Part shown: piece after piece, positions 6,772 to 16,107 of the stretch
Layout: each line of letters begins with the position of its first letter
How positions within the stretch are numbered: the stretch's first letter is position 1
NCBI GenBank assembly: GCA_044229145.1
Contig: JBGATO010000057.1
Span: 1 to 23,053 of the forward strand
Direction: 5' to 3'
Length of the DNA stretch: 23,053 bases
Origin: Candidatus Eiseniibacteriota bacterium
GTDB taxonomy: Bacteria > Eisenbacteria > RBG-16-71-46 > CAZEPH01
The notes under the pieces: model-generated
Database searches by the model: none
The model's input: only the letters and a program-made list of their open reading frames with translations
Told to the model about the DNA's origin: nothing
Position numbers and translations under genes: made by a program

Positions 6772-8865
6772 CTACATCGCCCGAATCGGCAGGATGATCA
6801 ACGGCAGGCCCGCGAAGTGCAACCGCCGCTGCAACGCCAGCGCGGTCTGGCCGTGCAGCGTGCGGCTCACGAGATTTTCCTCGCGGTAGACGAGGCGGCC
6901 GCTGAAGAACATCGGCTTCGGCATTTCCTTGGCGACCGTTTTGCACAGGCGCGAGGCGGTGTCGATGACTTCGATCCCGAAGTCGGCGCGCGCGGTGGCC
7001 CACAGGCCGAGGCCGTTGGCGTGTTCGACGTAGCGTTGCAAGTCCTTCACCGTCGCCTCGCGCATCGCCTCGACTTCCTTGACGCCCTTCCAGCGGCCGA
7101 AGTCGAGCACGCCGACCTCGAGGAAGACGAAGTTCGTGAAGTCGCCGGGGAACATGCGCAGCACGCTGAGGAACGTGTGCATGCCGAGGCCGTTGAAGCC
7201 GTCGACGAGCAAGATGGCGGTGCGGCCTTGCGGGTTGAACTTGACCTCTTCGCTGGCGTGGCGGCCGACCGGCAGCGAGGTGAGGATGGCGTCGAGGCGT
7301 TCGGTGTAGCGCGCGACGCGGCGGTAGTGGCGGCGGATCACCCAGCACAGGCCGATCGCCGAGCCGGTGACGATGAGCGTCACCCAGCCGCCCTGCCCGA
7401 ACTTCACGCCCACCGTCACGATCAGAATCGCGATACACAGCGCGAGGCCGATGCTGTTGATGACCAGACGGTGCAGCCAACCGCGTTCGGTCGCGCGCAC
7501 TTCCCACCAGTGCCGTACCATGCCGAGCTGCGTCAGCACGAAGGTGATGAACACGTTGATCGAGTACATGACGAGCAGTGTGTGCACCGACGTCCGCGTG
7601 TAGATCAGCATGCCGGCGGCGATGCCGGCCATGAGCAGCACGCCGTCCTGCGTCACCAAGCGCTCGGACAAGTTGGCGAAGCGGCGTGGCACCCACTTGT
7701 CGATCGCCATGTTGGCGAGCACGCGCGGGCCGGAGACGTAGCCGGTCTGCGCGGCGACGAGCAGGATGGCGCCCTCGCTGAGCAGCGTGAGCAGCACGAG
7801 CAGCGAGCCTACCGGCAAAGCGCCGATGTGCCAGCCGCTCATGACCTCTTGCGCGAGCGTCGCGTTGAGCGTGCGGCCGGGCTCGTGCTTGACGTTGTGG
7901 ATCAAGTACGCGATGAGCAAGAGCGACGCGGTCAGCGACAGGGAGATCGCCATGTAGATCATCGTGCGCTTGCCGGTTTGCGTGCGCGGTTCTCGCAAGA
8001 TCTCGAGACCGTTGGAGACGGCCTCGATCCCGGTATACGTACCGGCGCCGAGCGAGTAGGCGCGGAAAAGCATGAGCATCGTGCCCATCGCGCCAAGGCT
8101 GCCGACGGTCTCATTGAGGCTCGTCACCGCCTGCGTCGGCAAGCCGAGCAACTGCGCCGGGTGTCCGAACGTCGCCGCGGCCAACAGCGCGATGTGGGTG
8201 AGCACGAACAGCATGAAGATCGGCGTGAGGACCTTGATCGACTCTTTTGCGCCGCGCAGGTTGAGCGCGGTCAAAATGATGATCGCCAGGAACACGCTGG
8301 GGATGCGGAAGGGATGCCACGCGAGCGGTAACATCGAGAAGATCGCGTCGAGACTCGATGCCACCGAGGTCGCGATGGTGAGTGCGTAGTCGACGATGAG
8401 CGCGCAGCCGGCCACGAGACCGAACGTGCTGCCGAGCAGTTTCGTCGCGACGAGATAGCCGCCGCCGCCACTCGGGAACAGGTCGATGATCTGGAAGTAG
8501 CTCGCCGAGATGACGACCACCGTGACCATGGTGGCGAGCGCCAAGTAGAGCGCGAGCCCGTGGTGGGCTTCGAGCGCGCGGTAGGCTTCTTCCGGACCGT
8601 AGCAGGCCGACGAGAGTCCGTCCGCGCCGAGGCCGACCCACGCGAAGAACGCGATCAGCGCGACTTGGTGGAAGACCGTCGGGTCGAACGGATTGCGCGC
8701 GTCGCCGACGATCCAGTGGCGGAGGCGCTTGGCGGTGCTGACGGTGGCTTGGCCGAGGGACGGGCCGAGTTCGCCGTCCTCGCCGTCGCCGGCAGGTTGC
8801 CCGAGGGGGGCGTTCGGCGGCGGGGTGTCGTCCGCCGGTGGCTGTTGGCTGGGTGCGTCGCTCAT
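6772..8865 (-). CDS. APC-superfamily KimA/YdaO-type transporter (probable K+/H+ symporter), paralog 2
   Basis: Motifs ADGLSSACYGPEE, FPSGGGGY, VDYALTIATS, TGIEAVSNG, YSINVF; about 12 hydrophobic segments plus a soluble C-terminal domain. Confidence 0.85.
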   Translation of the reverse strand: MSDAPSQQPPADDTPPPNAPLGQPAGDGEDGELGPSLGQATVSTAKRLRHWIVGDARNPFDPTVFHQVALIAFFAWVGLGADGLSSACYGPEEAYRALEAHHGLALYLALATMVTVVVISASYFQIIDLFPSGGGGYLVATKLLGSTFGLVAGCALIVDYALTIATSVASSLDAIFSMLPLAWHPFRIPSVFLAIIILTALNLRGAKESIKVLTPIFMLFVLTHIALLAAATFGHPAQLLGLPTQAVTSLNETVGSLGAMGTMLMLFRAYSLGAGTYTGIEAVSNGLEILREPRTQTGKRTMIYMAISLSLTASLLLIAYLIHNVKHEPGRTLNATLAQEVMSGWHIGALPVGSLLVLLTLLSEGAILLVAAQTGYVSGPRVLANMAIDKWVPRRFANLSERLVTQDGVLLMAGIAAGMLIYTRTSVHTLLVMYSINVFITFVLTQLGMVRHWWEVRATERGWLHRLVINSIGLALCIAILIVTVGVKFGQGGWVTLIVTGSAIGLCWVIRRHYRRVARYTERLDAILTSLPVGRHASEEVKFNPQGRTAILLVDGFNGLGMHTFLSVLRMFPGDFTNFVFLEVGVLDFGRWKGVKEVEAMREATVKDLQRYVEHANGLGLWATARADFGIEVIDTASRLCKTVAKEMPKPMFFSGRLVYREENLVSRTLHGQTALALQRRLHFAGLPLIILPIRAM

Positions 8866-8877
8866 AAGAAGGCGCTC

Positions 8878-8906
8878 ACGCTAGGCCGGGCGCCTTCCGG
8901 TGTCAA
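8878..8906 (-). promoter_or_regulatory. sigma70 promoter
   Basis: TTGACA (8906-8901), 17 nt, TAGCGT (8883-8878); ATG lies 12 nt further on. Confidence 0.75.
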
Positions 8907-8936
8907 CCTCCCTCGCCGATTCCCGTACGGATCCCG

Positions 8937-11024
8937 CTACATGGCGCGGATGGGCAGCACGACGAACGGTAGTCCCGCGAAGTGCAGACGCCGTTGGAGC
9001 GCCAGCGCGGTCTGCCCGTGCAACGCGCGGCTCGCCAGGTTTTCCTCCCGGTAGATCATGCGCGCGGCGAAGAACGTGCAGCGCGGCAGTTCCTTCGACA
9101 GGTCGGTGCAGACGGTGGTGGCGGCATCGATCACTTCGGTGCCGAACGCCACCCGCGCGGTGGCCCACAGCCCCATGTGGTTGGCGTGGCGGACGTACTG
9201 CTGGAGGTCGCCGATCGTTGCCTGCTTGAGCGCCTCGACCTCGTCCACGCCCTTCCACTTCTCGAAGTCGACGACGCCGACCTCCACGAACGCGACGTTG
9301 CGATAGAAGCGCGGGAACATCTTCATCACCGACAGCAGCGAGTGGATGCCGAGGCCGTTGAAGCCGCTGACCAGGATCACAGCCGTCGGCCCCTGCGGGT
9401 CGAAGGCGGGCGATTCACGCTCCTCCGCCGGCAGCGGCAGTGCCTTGAGCACGGTGTCGAGCCGTTCGGTGTAGTGCCCAATACGGCGATAGTGGCGGTT
9501 CACCGCGATGCAGAACGCCACCGCACTGCCGGTGATGACGAGCGTCACCCACCCACCTTCCGCGAACTTCTCGAACACCGTCACGCACAGGATGCCGAAG
9601 CACAGCGCGAGCCCGATGCCGTTGATGCCGATGTGGTGCCACCAATCGCGTTCGCGGCGCCGCACCTCCCACCAATGCCGCACCATGCCGGCCTGCGTCA
9701 GACAGAAGGTGATGAACACGTTGATCGAGTACATGATGAGCAGCGTGCTCACCTTGGTGTGCGTGTAGAGCAGCATGCCGGCGGCGAGGCCGCCCATGAG
9801 CAGGATGCCGTCCTGCGTCACCAAGCGCTCCGACAGGTTGGCGAAACGGCGCGGAATCCACTGGTCGAGCGCCATGTTGGCGAGCACGCGCGGCCCGTCG
9901 ACGAAGCCCGTCTGCGCGGCGACGAACAGGATGGCCGCCTCGCTCACCAGTGTCAGCACGATGAGCGCGTGACCGAACGGCAGCGGCCCGATGTGCCAAT
10001 TCCACATCACCTGATGCGCCAGCGTCGCGTTGAGCGTCTGCCCGGCGACGTGCTCGGTGCGATGCACGAGGTAGGCGATGAGCAATCCGCCAGCGGTCAG
10101 CGACAGCGACACCGCCATGTACATCATCGTGCGCTTGCCGGTCTTGGTACGCGGCGCGCGCAGGATCGACAAGCCGTTCGACACCGCTTCGATTCCGGTG
10201 TAGGTGCCGGCGCCGAGCGAGTAGGCGCGGAAGAACACCGCCATCGTGCCGAGCACGCCGAGCGTGGCGAGCGAGTGCGTGAGGCTGGTGGTCGTCTCGT
10301 GCGGGAGCGCCATCAGCTGGTGCGGGGAGCCGCCGAGCGCCGCCGCGATCAACAACACGTGCGTGGCGACGAACACCAGAAAGATCGGCGTGAGGATGGC
10401 GATCGACTCTTTCACGCCGCGCAGGTTGAGGGTCGTGAGGCCGAGGATGCCGAGGAAGACGAGCGGCGCGCGGGCCGCGTGCATCCACGGCGGCAAGAGC
10501 GAGAACATCGCGTCCATGCCGCTCGCCACCGAGGTCGCCACGGTGAGCGCGTAGTCGACGACGAGCGCGGTGCCGCTGACGAGTCCGGCGTAGCGTCCAA
10601 GCAGTTTCGTCCCGACGAGGTAGCCGCCGCCGCCGTTGGGGAACAAGTCGATGACTTGGAAATAACTCGCGCTGATGATCGTGACGGTGACCACGGTGGC
10701 GAGCGCGAGCAGCACCGCGAGTCCATGATGCTCACCGATCGCGCGGAACGCTTCCTCGGGTCCGTAGCACGACGACGACAAACCGTCGGCGCCGAGTCCG
10801 ACCCAGGCGAAGAACGCGATCAGCGAGAGTTGGTGGAAGAGGTGCGGGTCGAGCGGATTGCGCGCGCCGCCGACGAGCCGCCGCTTCACCTCGCGGAATG
10901 CCGCGCCGGTGAGTTGTCCGAGGGAAGGACCGTCGTCGAGGGGTGACGGGTCTAAAGGCACCTCGTCGGCCGGAGCCGACGCCTGCGCGGACGCTGAATC
11001 CCGCGCGCTGTCAGGGGGTCGCAT
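8937..11024 (-). CDS. APC-superfamily KimA/YdaO-type transporter, paralog 1
   Basis: Same motifs (ADGLSSSCYGPEE, VDYALTVATS, TGIEAVSNG); near-identical C-terminus GQTALALQRRLHFAGLP..LPIRAM. Confidence 0.85.
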   Translation of the reverse strand: MRPPDSARDSASAQASAPADEVPLDPSPLDDGPSLGQLTGAAFREVKRRLVGGARNPLDPHLFHQLSLIAFFAWVGLGADGLSSSCYGPEEAFRAIGEHHGLAVLLALATVVTVTIISASYFQVIDLFPNGGGGYLVGTKLLGRYAGLVSGTALVVDYALTVATSVASGMDAMFSLLPPWMHAARAPLVFLGILGLTTLNLRGVKESIAILTPIFLVFVATHVLLIAAALGGSPHQLMALPHETTTSLTHSLATLGVLGTMAVFFRAYSLGAGTYTGIEAVSNGLSILRAPRTKTGKRTMMYMAVSLSLTAGGLLIAYLVHRTEHVAGQTLNATLAHQVMWNWHIGPLPFGHALIVLTLVSEAAILFVAAQTGFVDGPRVLANMALDQWIPRRFANLSERLVTQDGILLMGGLAAGMLLYTHTKVSTLLIMYSINVFITFCLTQAGMVRHWWEVRRRERDWWHHIGINGIGLALCFGILCVTVFEKFAEGGWVTLVITGSAVAFCIAVNRHYRRIGHYTERLDTVLKALPLPAEERESPAFDPQGPTAVILVSGFNGLGIHSLLSVMKMFPRFYRNVAFVEVGVVDFEKWKGVDEVEALKQATIGDLQQYVRHANHMGLWATARVAFGTEVIDAATTVCTDLSKELPRCTFFAARMIYREENLASRALHGQTALALQRRLHFAGLPFVVLPIRAM

Positions 11025-11035
11025 ATGGGGGCGGC

Positions 11036-11064
11036 ACGCTAGGCCGATGCCGCGGCGCTGTCAA
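11036..11064 (-). promoter_or_regulatory. sigma70 promoter
   Basis: TTGACA (11064-11059), 17 nt, TAGCGT (11041-11036); ATG lies 11 nt further on. Confidence 0.75.
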
Positions 11065-11070
11065 GCGGCG

Positions 11071-12324
11071 TCACGACCTCGGCCGTCCGCCCTCCACGAC
11101 ACGCAGCGACGGTCCGGGTGCCGCCGGCCGTCCGCCCCAGAAGCCGCGCGCGATGCCACCGATCGCGGTGATCGCCGCGAGCGCCGACGCCAGGAGCGGC
11201 GTGACGCCGAGCCCGAAGGCATCCGCCACCACGCCCGCGGCGAGCGGCCCGAGCGCCGCGCCCGCCGACAAGCTGCCCATCAACACGCCCATGCCGCCGG
11301 CGCGCTTCGACACACGGCTCGACTCGGCAATGGCAGCCGCCGAGCCTGTCGTGACCAGCGGGAACGCCGGCAGCACCGCGCACACGCACGCCGCCGCGGC
11401 CGTCGGCGCGCGCCACAACATCGCGAACTTGATGGTCTGCGCGATCGCGCCGAGCAACAGCACGCGCCGTCCGCCGTGCCGGTCCGCCAAGCGCCCGGCG
11501 AGCGGAAAGACGCTGAGCCCGAGCACCGCGTGGATCGCCAGCACCTTGGCGACGGTGCCGGCGGACAGCGCCCAGTGATCGCGCAGGAGCAAATTCGCCG
11601 TGCTCACATAGACGAACTGGCCGGCGAAGGTCGGCAGGGCGACTAGCACGATGGTGCGCAGCGCGCCGACGCGATAGACCTCGCGGAGGTCGCCGAAGAG
11701 CGCGTCCGCCCAGCCGCCGTGCGCGAGCTCGCGCGGGCGCTGTGGTTCACGCAATGCGGCGATGCCGACGACGAGAGCGCCAGCCGCGGCCAGCGCGCCG
11801 ATGCCGAGGAGGATCGGCGTCATGCCGGCGTCGGCACCGCGCGTCGCGTCGTAGCGTCCCGAAGCCAGGCCGTTGGCGAGCGCGAGGCCGAGCGTTTCGG
11901 CCAGCAACAACACGCCGAGCGCGCGGCCGCGTCCGGCAGCGTCGGCGTCGCCGCGGCCGACGAGCGTGACGTGCGAACGCACGAGCGGCGCGGCACCCGC
12001 GTAGCCGCAGGCGCCGGCCACCACGATCCCGAGCGCCGCGCCGAGCGAGTGTGCCTGGCTCAGGCCGAAGAACGTCGCCGCGTAGCAGGCGAGCGACGCG
12101 GCGACGAGCGGGAAGGTGCGGCCGAGGACGTCGGCGCCGGCGCCCCACAGGTTGCTCGCCACGATGGTGACCAGCGCCGGCACCGCGACGATGGCCTGCG
12201 TTGCCGCGAGGCTGTGCGTCCCGAACGATTTCGCCGCGTAGAGCGGCAGCAGGAACAGGATCACCGAGAGGCACGCGCCTTCGGTGAAGGCCGCCACCCA
12301 GGCGGGCCAGATGCGTGCGTGCAT
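11071..12324 (-). CDS. MFS transporter, probably leaderless
   Basis: About 12 hydrophobic segments; motif A-like GRLADRHGGRR and WGAGADVLGR; TATACT (12336-12331) lies 6 nt before the ATG. Confidence 0.85.
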   Translation of the reverse strand: MHARIWPAWVAAFTEGACLSVILFLLPLYAAKSFGTHSLAATQAIVAVPALVTIVASNLWGAGADVLGRTFPLVAASLACYAATFFGLSQAHSLGAALGIVVAGACGYAGAAPLVRSHVTLVGRGDADAAGRGRALGVLLLAETLGLALANGLASGRYDATRGADAGMTPILLGIGALAAAGALVVGIAALREPQRPRELAHGGWADALFGDLREVYRVGALRTIVLVALPTFAGQFVYVSTANLLLRDHWALSAGTVAKVLAIHAVLGLSVFPLAGRLADRHGGRRVLLLGAIAQTIKFAMLWRAPTAAAACVCAVLPAFPLVTTGSAAAIAESSRVSKRAGGMGVLMGSLSAGAALGPLAAGVVADAFGLGVTPLLASALAAITAIGGIARGFWGGRPAAPGPSLRVVEGGRPRS

Positions 12325-12367
12325 GACGGCAGTATATCGGCAGGCGCGGCGGTGCGCGCCAGCGCGG

Positions 12368-13760
12368 TTAGCGGCCGAGGTAGATCAAGCGGGTCGAGGC
12401 GCGTGCGCCGTCGATGTCGGCCACCACGTGGTAGGCGCCCGCCGGTGCCCAGGCGCCGTGGGCGTCGCGGCCGTCTTAATGCGAGCGCGCGCGCGCCGGC
12501 GGCGAGCGGGCCGCGCGCGAGTTCGCGGACACGTGCGCCGTCCACGCGCACCACGCCCACCCGCGCGTCGCGCGCGGATGCCTCGAGCGCAAGCGTCGCG
12601 CGCACCTCGCCCCGCGCGACGCTCGCGCAGCGCACCGTGACGCCGCGCGGCGCGGACGGCGGCGCCACGGCCGTCACCGGCTCGGCCTGCATCACGAGCG
12701 CGATCGGCGGTTCGCAGAACACGCGGCGCGCGGCCGCGTTCTCGATGCCGGTCGCGGTGACGAAGTCACGCACGCCGGCGTGCGCGCCGGTGGAGCGGTC
12801 GGCGAGCAACACGTCGCCTTGTCCGGTGAGCGTCGCGACGCTGAAGTCGAATCCGGTGCCGCTCGCCAGCGTCCGCGTCAGTGCGCCGGTGCCGGCGTGG
12901 AACTCGCGAAACTGCGTCACGAACGACTCGTCGCTGACGATCGCGTAGGCCTGCGTTGCACTCAGGACATCGACGTCGAGAATGTCGCCACCGAGCGTCG
13001 CCTCGCTGCTGCGGAAGCCGAGCGCGAGGAGCGCCTCCACATCCACCGCGTCGACGCCGCCGTCGGCGACGCCGTAGTTGCCTGCTTCGCCGACGAACAG
13101 TGTGCCGTCGGCCGCGCGCACGAGATCGGTGACCGGATTGGTGCCGGTGAGCCGCAACGCTTGCACGCCCGGCGTCGACGTGTCGCAGTCGACGAGCGCG
13201 TTCGTCGTGGTGTCGATTACCGCCAGCGCGCTGTAGTCGGTCGGCGTGAAGAAGGCGTTCTGATCGAGGCGTTGCAACGCGACGAACACGCGCCCGCCGA
13301 CCAGCGCCATCTGCGCCATCTCGGGAATGCCGTCGGCGTCGGCGTACGCGGCGAGCGACACGGTGCCGGTGTGCGCGCCGGTCACCGGATCGACGATCCA
13401 GACGTCGGTGCTGCCGTAGCGCGAGACGTAGGCGCGGCGTGGCGAAATCGCCACGAGGTCCTGCGGATTGCTGCCGTTGCCGACGCTGAATTGCGTCACC
13501 GTCGCGTAGCCGTTCGCCGGATCGAGTACCTGGATGTTGTCGCAGCCATAGCGGCCGATGACGAAGAGCCGTCCGAACGCATAGCGCGCGGCGAGGTCGC
13601 CGCACAGCGCGTTGCTGCACGCACCGGCGGCGTGCGTCGCGGCATCGAGCGTTGCCACCGCGCCGGTGCCATCGTAGTTGGTGACGAGCACCGCCGCAGT
13701 GGGCGCGGCGGCGACGGGAGCGGCGGCGAGCAAAGCGAGGACGACAACGCGTGCGAGCAT
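12368..13760 (-). CDS. Secreted YncE/BtuG-like beta-propeller with an FlgD-Ig-like C-terminal domain; frameshift at 12476-12479
   Basis: Signal peptide; propeller-blade motifs (GSNPQDLVAISPRRAYVSRYG, GRVFVALQRLD, LTGTNP). After ...RALA the sequence is TTAA, then another frame reads DGRDAHGAWAPAGAYHVVADIDGARASTRLIYLGR* (TAA 12370-12368), matching the WDGRD..G.Y FlgD-Ig motif. Confidence 0.75.
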
Positions 13761-13787
13761 GATGCGGATCTCCGGTGCGACGGCGAA

Positions 13788-15920
13788 CTAGTGAGCGGCG
13801 GTGTCGGTATCCGGCGTGGCGGCGCCGGCGAGCGCGCCGTGTGACGATGCGAACAGTCCGGCACGGTCGACGCTGAGATAGAGGGCGCGGCCGGGCAGCG
13901 GATAGCCGGCGAGATCGGCGGAGCGCGCATCGGTGAGATTGGTGACCGATGCGCTGACGGTGAGGTGTGGCGCCGCGCGGCCGCCGACGTGACAGGCGAG
14001 CCCCGCGTTCCAGGTGGTGGCCGCGGGCACCGCGACGCGTCCCGCGCGATCGAGATACACGCCGGACGACGAGGCGCATTCGCCGCGCATGTCGACGACG
14101 CCCGCGTGCGCGAGGACGGAGACGAAGTATTCACGCAGCGGGCGACCAGGCAGGAGGCGGCCGTGCGTGTAGACGTTGTCCGAGACGTCGCGCGCGGTTT
14201 GCCACGTCGCGTTGGCGTCGACGTGCAGATGCGCGCCGAGGTCGGCGGCGGCGGTGAGTTCGCAGCCATCGATACGGGCGGCCGATACGTTCTGCGCGAC
14301 CGACGTCCGCTGTGAGTTCTGCACGAACACCACGAGATCGCGGCCGCGCACCGCGAATGCAGCGAGTTCGAGCGTCGCGTGCGCATCCCGCGAGACGAGC
14401 GTGACGCCGGCGTCGCTGTGCGTGCCGCTCTCGCTGCGCAGTGCCGGATTGCCGCTCACCGCGCCACGCTCGCCGAACAGCTCGACGAAGGTCGGCAGGC
14501 GGCGGTAGCGGCCGGTGTGGCCTTTGACCGCGAGCCAGTCGGTGGCGGCGACGCGCGCGGCGAGCGCGGGCGCCGAAGTGCGTGCACGTGGCGCGAGTCC
14601 GCTCGCGCGCGCCGGCAACGCCGCGCCGATGCGCACCACACGCGGGCTGCGCGCGACCGCCTCTTCGACACGATACGACGGTGCCAGCGTGAGACGGCCT
14701 TCGAATGGTGTCCACGCATACTCCGCCGCCGCGCTGCGCGTGGTGCGGCGAATCAGGGGATACGTCACCGCGCGCGGCCACAGGTCGCGCGACCTCCAGC
14801 GATCGCCGGCGAGTTCGCCGAGCAACGACACGGCGTGCGCGCCGGCGTGCCACGCCGCGAGCGTGCGGATGCCGGTGGTGACGGTGCGATCGTCGTTGTC
14901 CTGATTGCCGCCGCCGAGTTCGCCGTGTGTGTCGGTGAAGCGCTCGTGCGTGGCGACGTCGTAGACATGCACGCTCGCGGTCACGCGTCCCAGTGCGCGC
15001 GACAGTCGCAGGTGCGCGAGTGCCTGATCGGATGCGTAGGCGGCCGACGTTGCCTGCACTGGCCCGATGCCCGGCAACCCGCTCCGCCGGCGCGACACGT
15101 CGACCACCCCCGTCAGCGTGGTGCGGGCGTCGAGCGCGCGACTCCACGAGCCGCCGGCGCTGGCGCGGCGCAGCGCGTTGTTGCGTCGCGTCGTGCGCTC
15201 ATCGTCGCTCGAGTTGTAGGGCGTCGCGTTGTCGTCGAGGAAGGCGAAGTCTCCGGCGCTCGACAGCCACGTCGCGTACGTCGTGGCGCGCCAGGCGTCG
15301 CCGCCGAAGCCGGCGCTCGCGCTGCCTTCCGCGGTGCGCCACGAGCCGCCGGATGCATGTAGCGCGTAGCGATGCGCCGCGTCATCGCGGGGCACCAAAT
15401 TGATCGTGCCGCCGAGCGGCGCCGAGGCGAGCTCGAACGGCGCGAAGCCGCGCGACACCTCGACGCGCGCCAACCCGGCGAGCGGCGCGTCGGCGAGCCG
15501 CGCCGCGCCATCGCGCGCGCGCCCGAGCGGAATGCCGTCGTAGAAGACTTCGACTTGATTCGACGACGAGCCGCGGATCGACACGCTGGCCACGGCTCCG
15601 GGACCGCCGGTGCTGCGGACGCTGACGCCGGCTGCGTGCGCGATGCGGCTGCCGAGATCGGCGAAGGCGTCGGCGGCACGTCGCGCCGGCACGATGGTGA
15701 CGAAGCGCGGGGCCACGCGGGCGGCGGTGACGTCGCGCGGGCGCGGGGCGTCCACCCGCACGGTGTCGGCGGGATAACGGGGCGGCGGCACCGCCGGACG
15801 TGTGCCGGCGGTGGCGGTGGAGCAACAAACGCTCGCGACGACGGCGGCGCGCGCGACATTGCCGACAAGCAATTCGCCCACCCGCTCCAGTCGACGCGGA
15901 GCGGGTGGGCGAATGCGCAC
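13788..15920 (-). CDS. btuB: TonB-dependent receptor, probable cobalamin transporter
   Basis: TonB-box-like DTVRVDA; plug motifs VSIRGSSSNQVEVFYDGIPL, ARVEVSRG, GGTINL; barrel motifs YRRLPTFVELFG, GNPALRSE, GYPLPGR; lies directly downstream of a cobalamin riboswitch. Confidence 0.8.
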   Translation of the reverse strand: MRIRPPAPRRLERVGELLVGNVARAAVVASVCCSTATAGTRPAVPPPRYPADTVRVDAPRPRDVTAARVAPRFVTIVPARRAADAFADLGSRIAHAAGVSVRSTGGPGAVASVSIRGSSSNQVEVFYDGIPLGRARDGAARLADAPLAGLARVEVSRGFAPFELASAPLGGTINLVPRDDAAHRYALHASGGSWRTAEGSASAGFGGDAWRATTYATWLSSAGDFAFLDDNATPYNSSDDERTTRRNNALRRASAGGSWSRALDARTTLTGVVDVSRRRSGLPGIGPVQATSAAYASDQALAHLRLSRALGRVTASVHVYDVATHERFTDTHGELGGGNQDNDDRTVTTGIRTLAAWHAGAHAVSLLGELAGDRWRSRDLWPRAVTYPLIRRTTRSAAAEYAWTPFEGRLTLAPSYRVEEAVARSPRVVRIGAALPARASGLAPRARTSAPALAARVAATDWLAVKGHTGRYRRLPTFVELFGERGAVSGNPALRSESGTHSDAGVTLVSRDAHATLELAAFAVRGRDLVVFVQNSQRTSVAQNVSAARIDGCELTAAADLGAHLHVDANATWQTARDVSDNVYTHGRLLPGRPLREYFVSVLAHAGVVDMRGECASSSGVYLDRAGRVAVPAATTWNAGLACHVGGRAAPHLTVSASVTNLTDARSADLAGYPLPGRALYLSVDRAGLFASSHGALAGAATPDTDTAAH

Positions 15921-15934
15921 TCCCTACCTCTCTC

Positions 15935-16050
15935 TCGCGAAGAGTCTGGGACATAACTTCGCGAGCGGGCGACCTGACTCGAAGCGCCTGAGCGCTCCTC
16001 ACAGTGGCGGGACCGTGGGGGATTCGCACCCCCTTCGCCGCACGCGAAGG
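15935..16050 (-). ncRNA. Cobalamin riboswitch
   Basis: Minus strand reads GAAGGGGGTGCGAATCCCCCACGGTCCCGCCACTGTGA...GAGTCAGGTCGCC (B12 box), then hairpin TCGCGAAG...CTTCGCGA just upstream of the SD. Ends are approximate. Confidence 0.88.
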
Positions 16051-16073
16051 ATCTACACCTGTCTGAGATCGCC

Positions 16074-16103
16074 ACTCTGCGCGCCGCGCCGGTGGCTTGT
16101 CAA
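16074..16103 (-). promoter_or_regulatory. sigma70 promoter of the cobalamin uptake operon
   Basis: TTGACA (16103-16098), 18 nt, CAGAGT (16079-16074). Confidence 0.55.
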
Positions 16104-16107
16104 GCGC

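Noticed and set aside
3934..10946. Long plus-strand ORFs (3934..4914, 5071..6627, 6817..8331, 8982..10946)
   Set aside because: They are antisense shadows of well-supported minus-strand genes in high-GC DNA, Arg/Ala-rich with no motifs.
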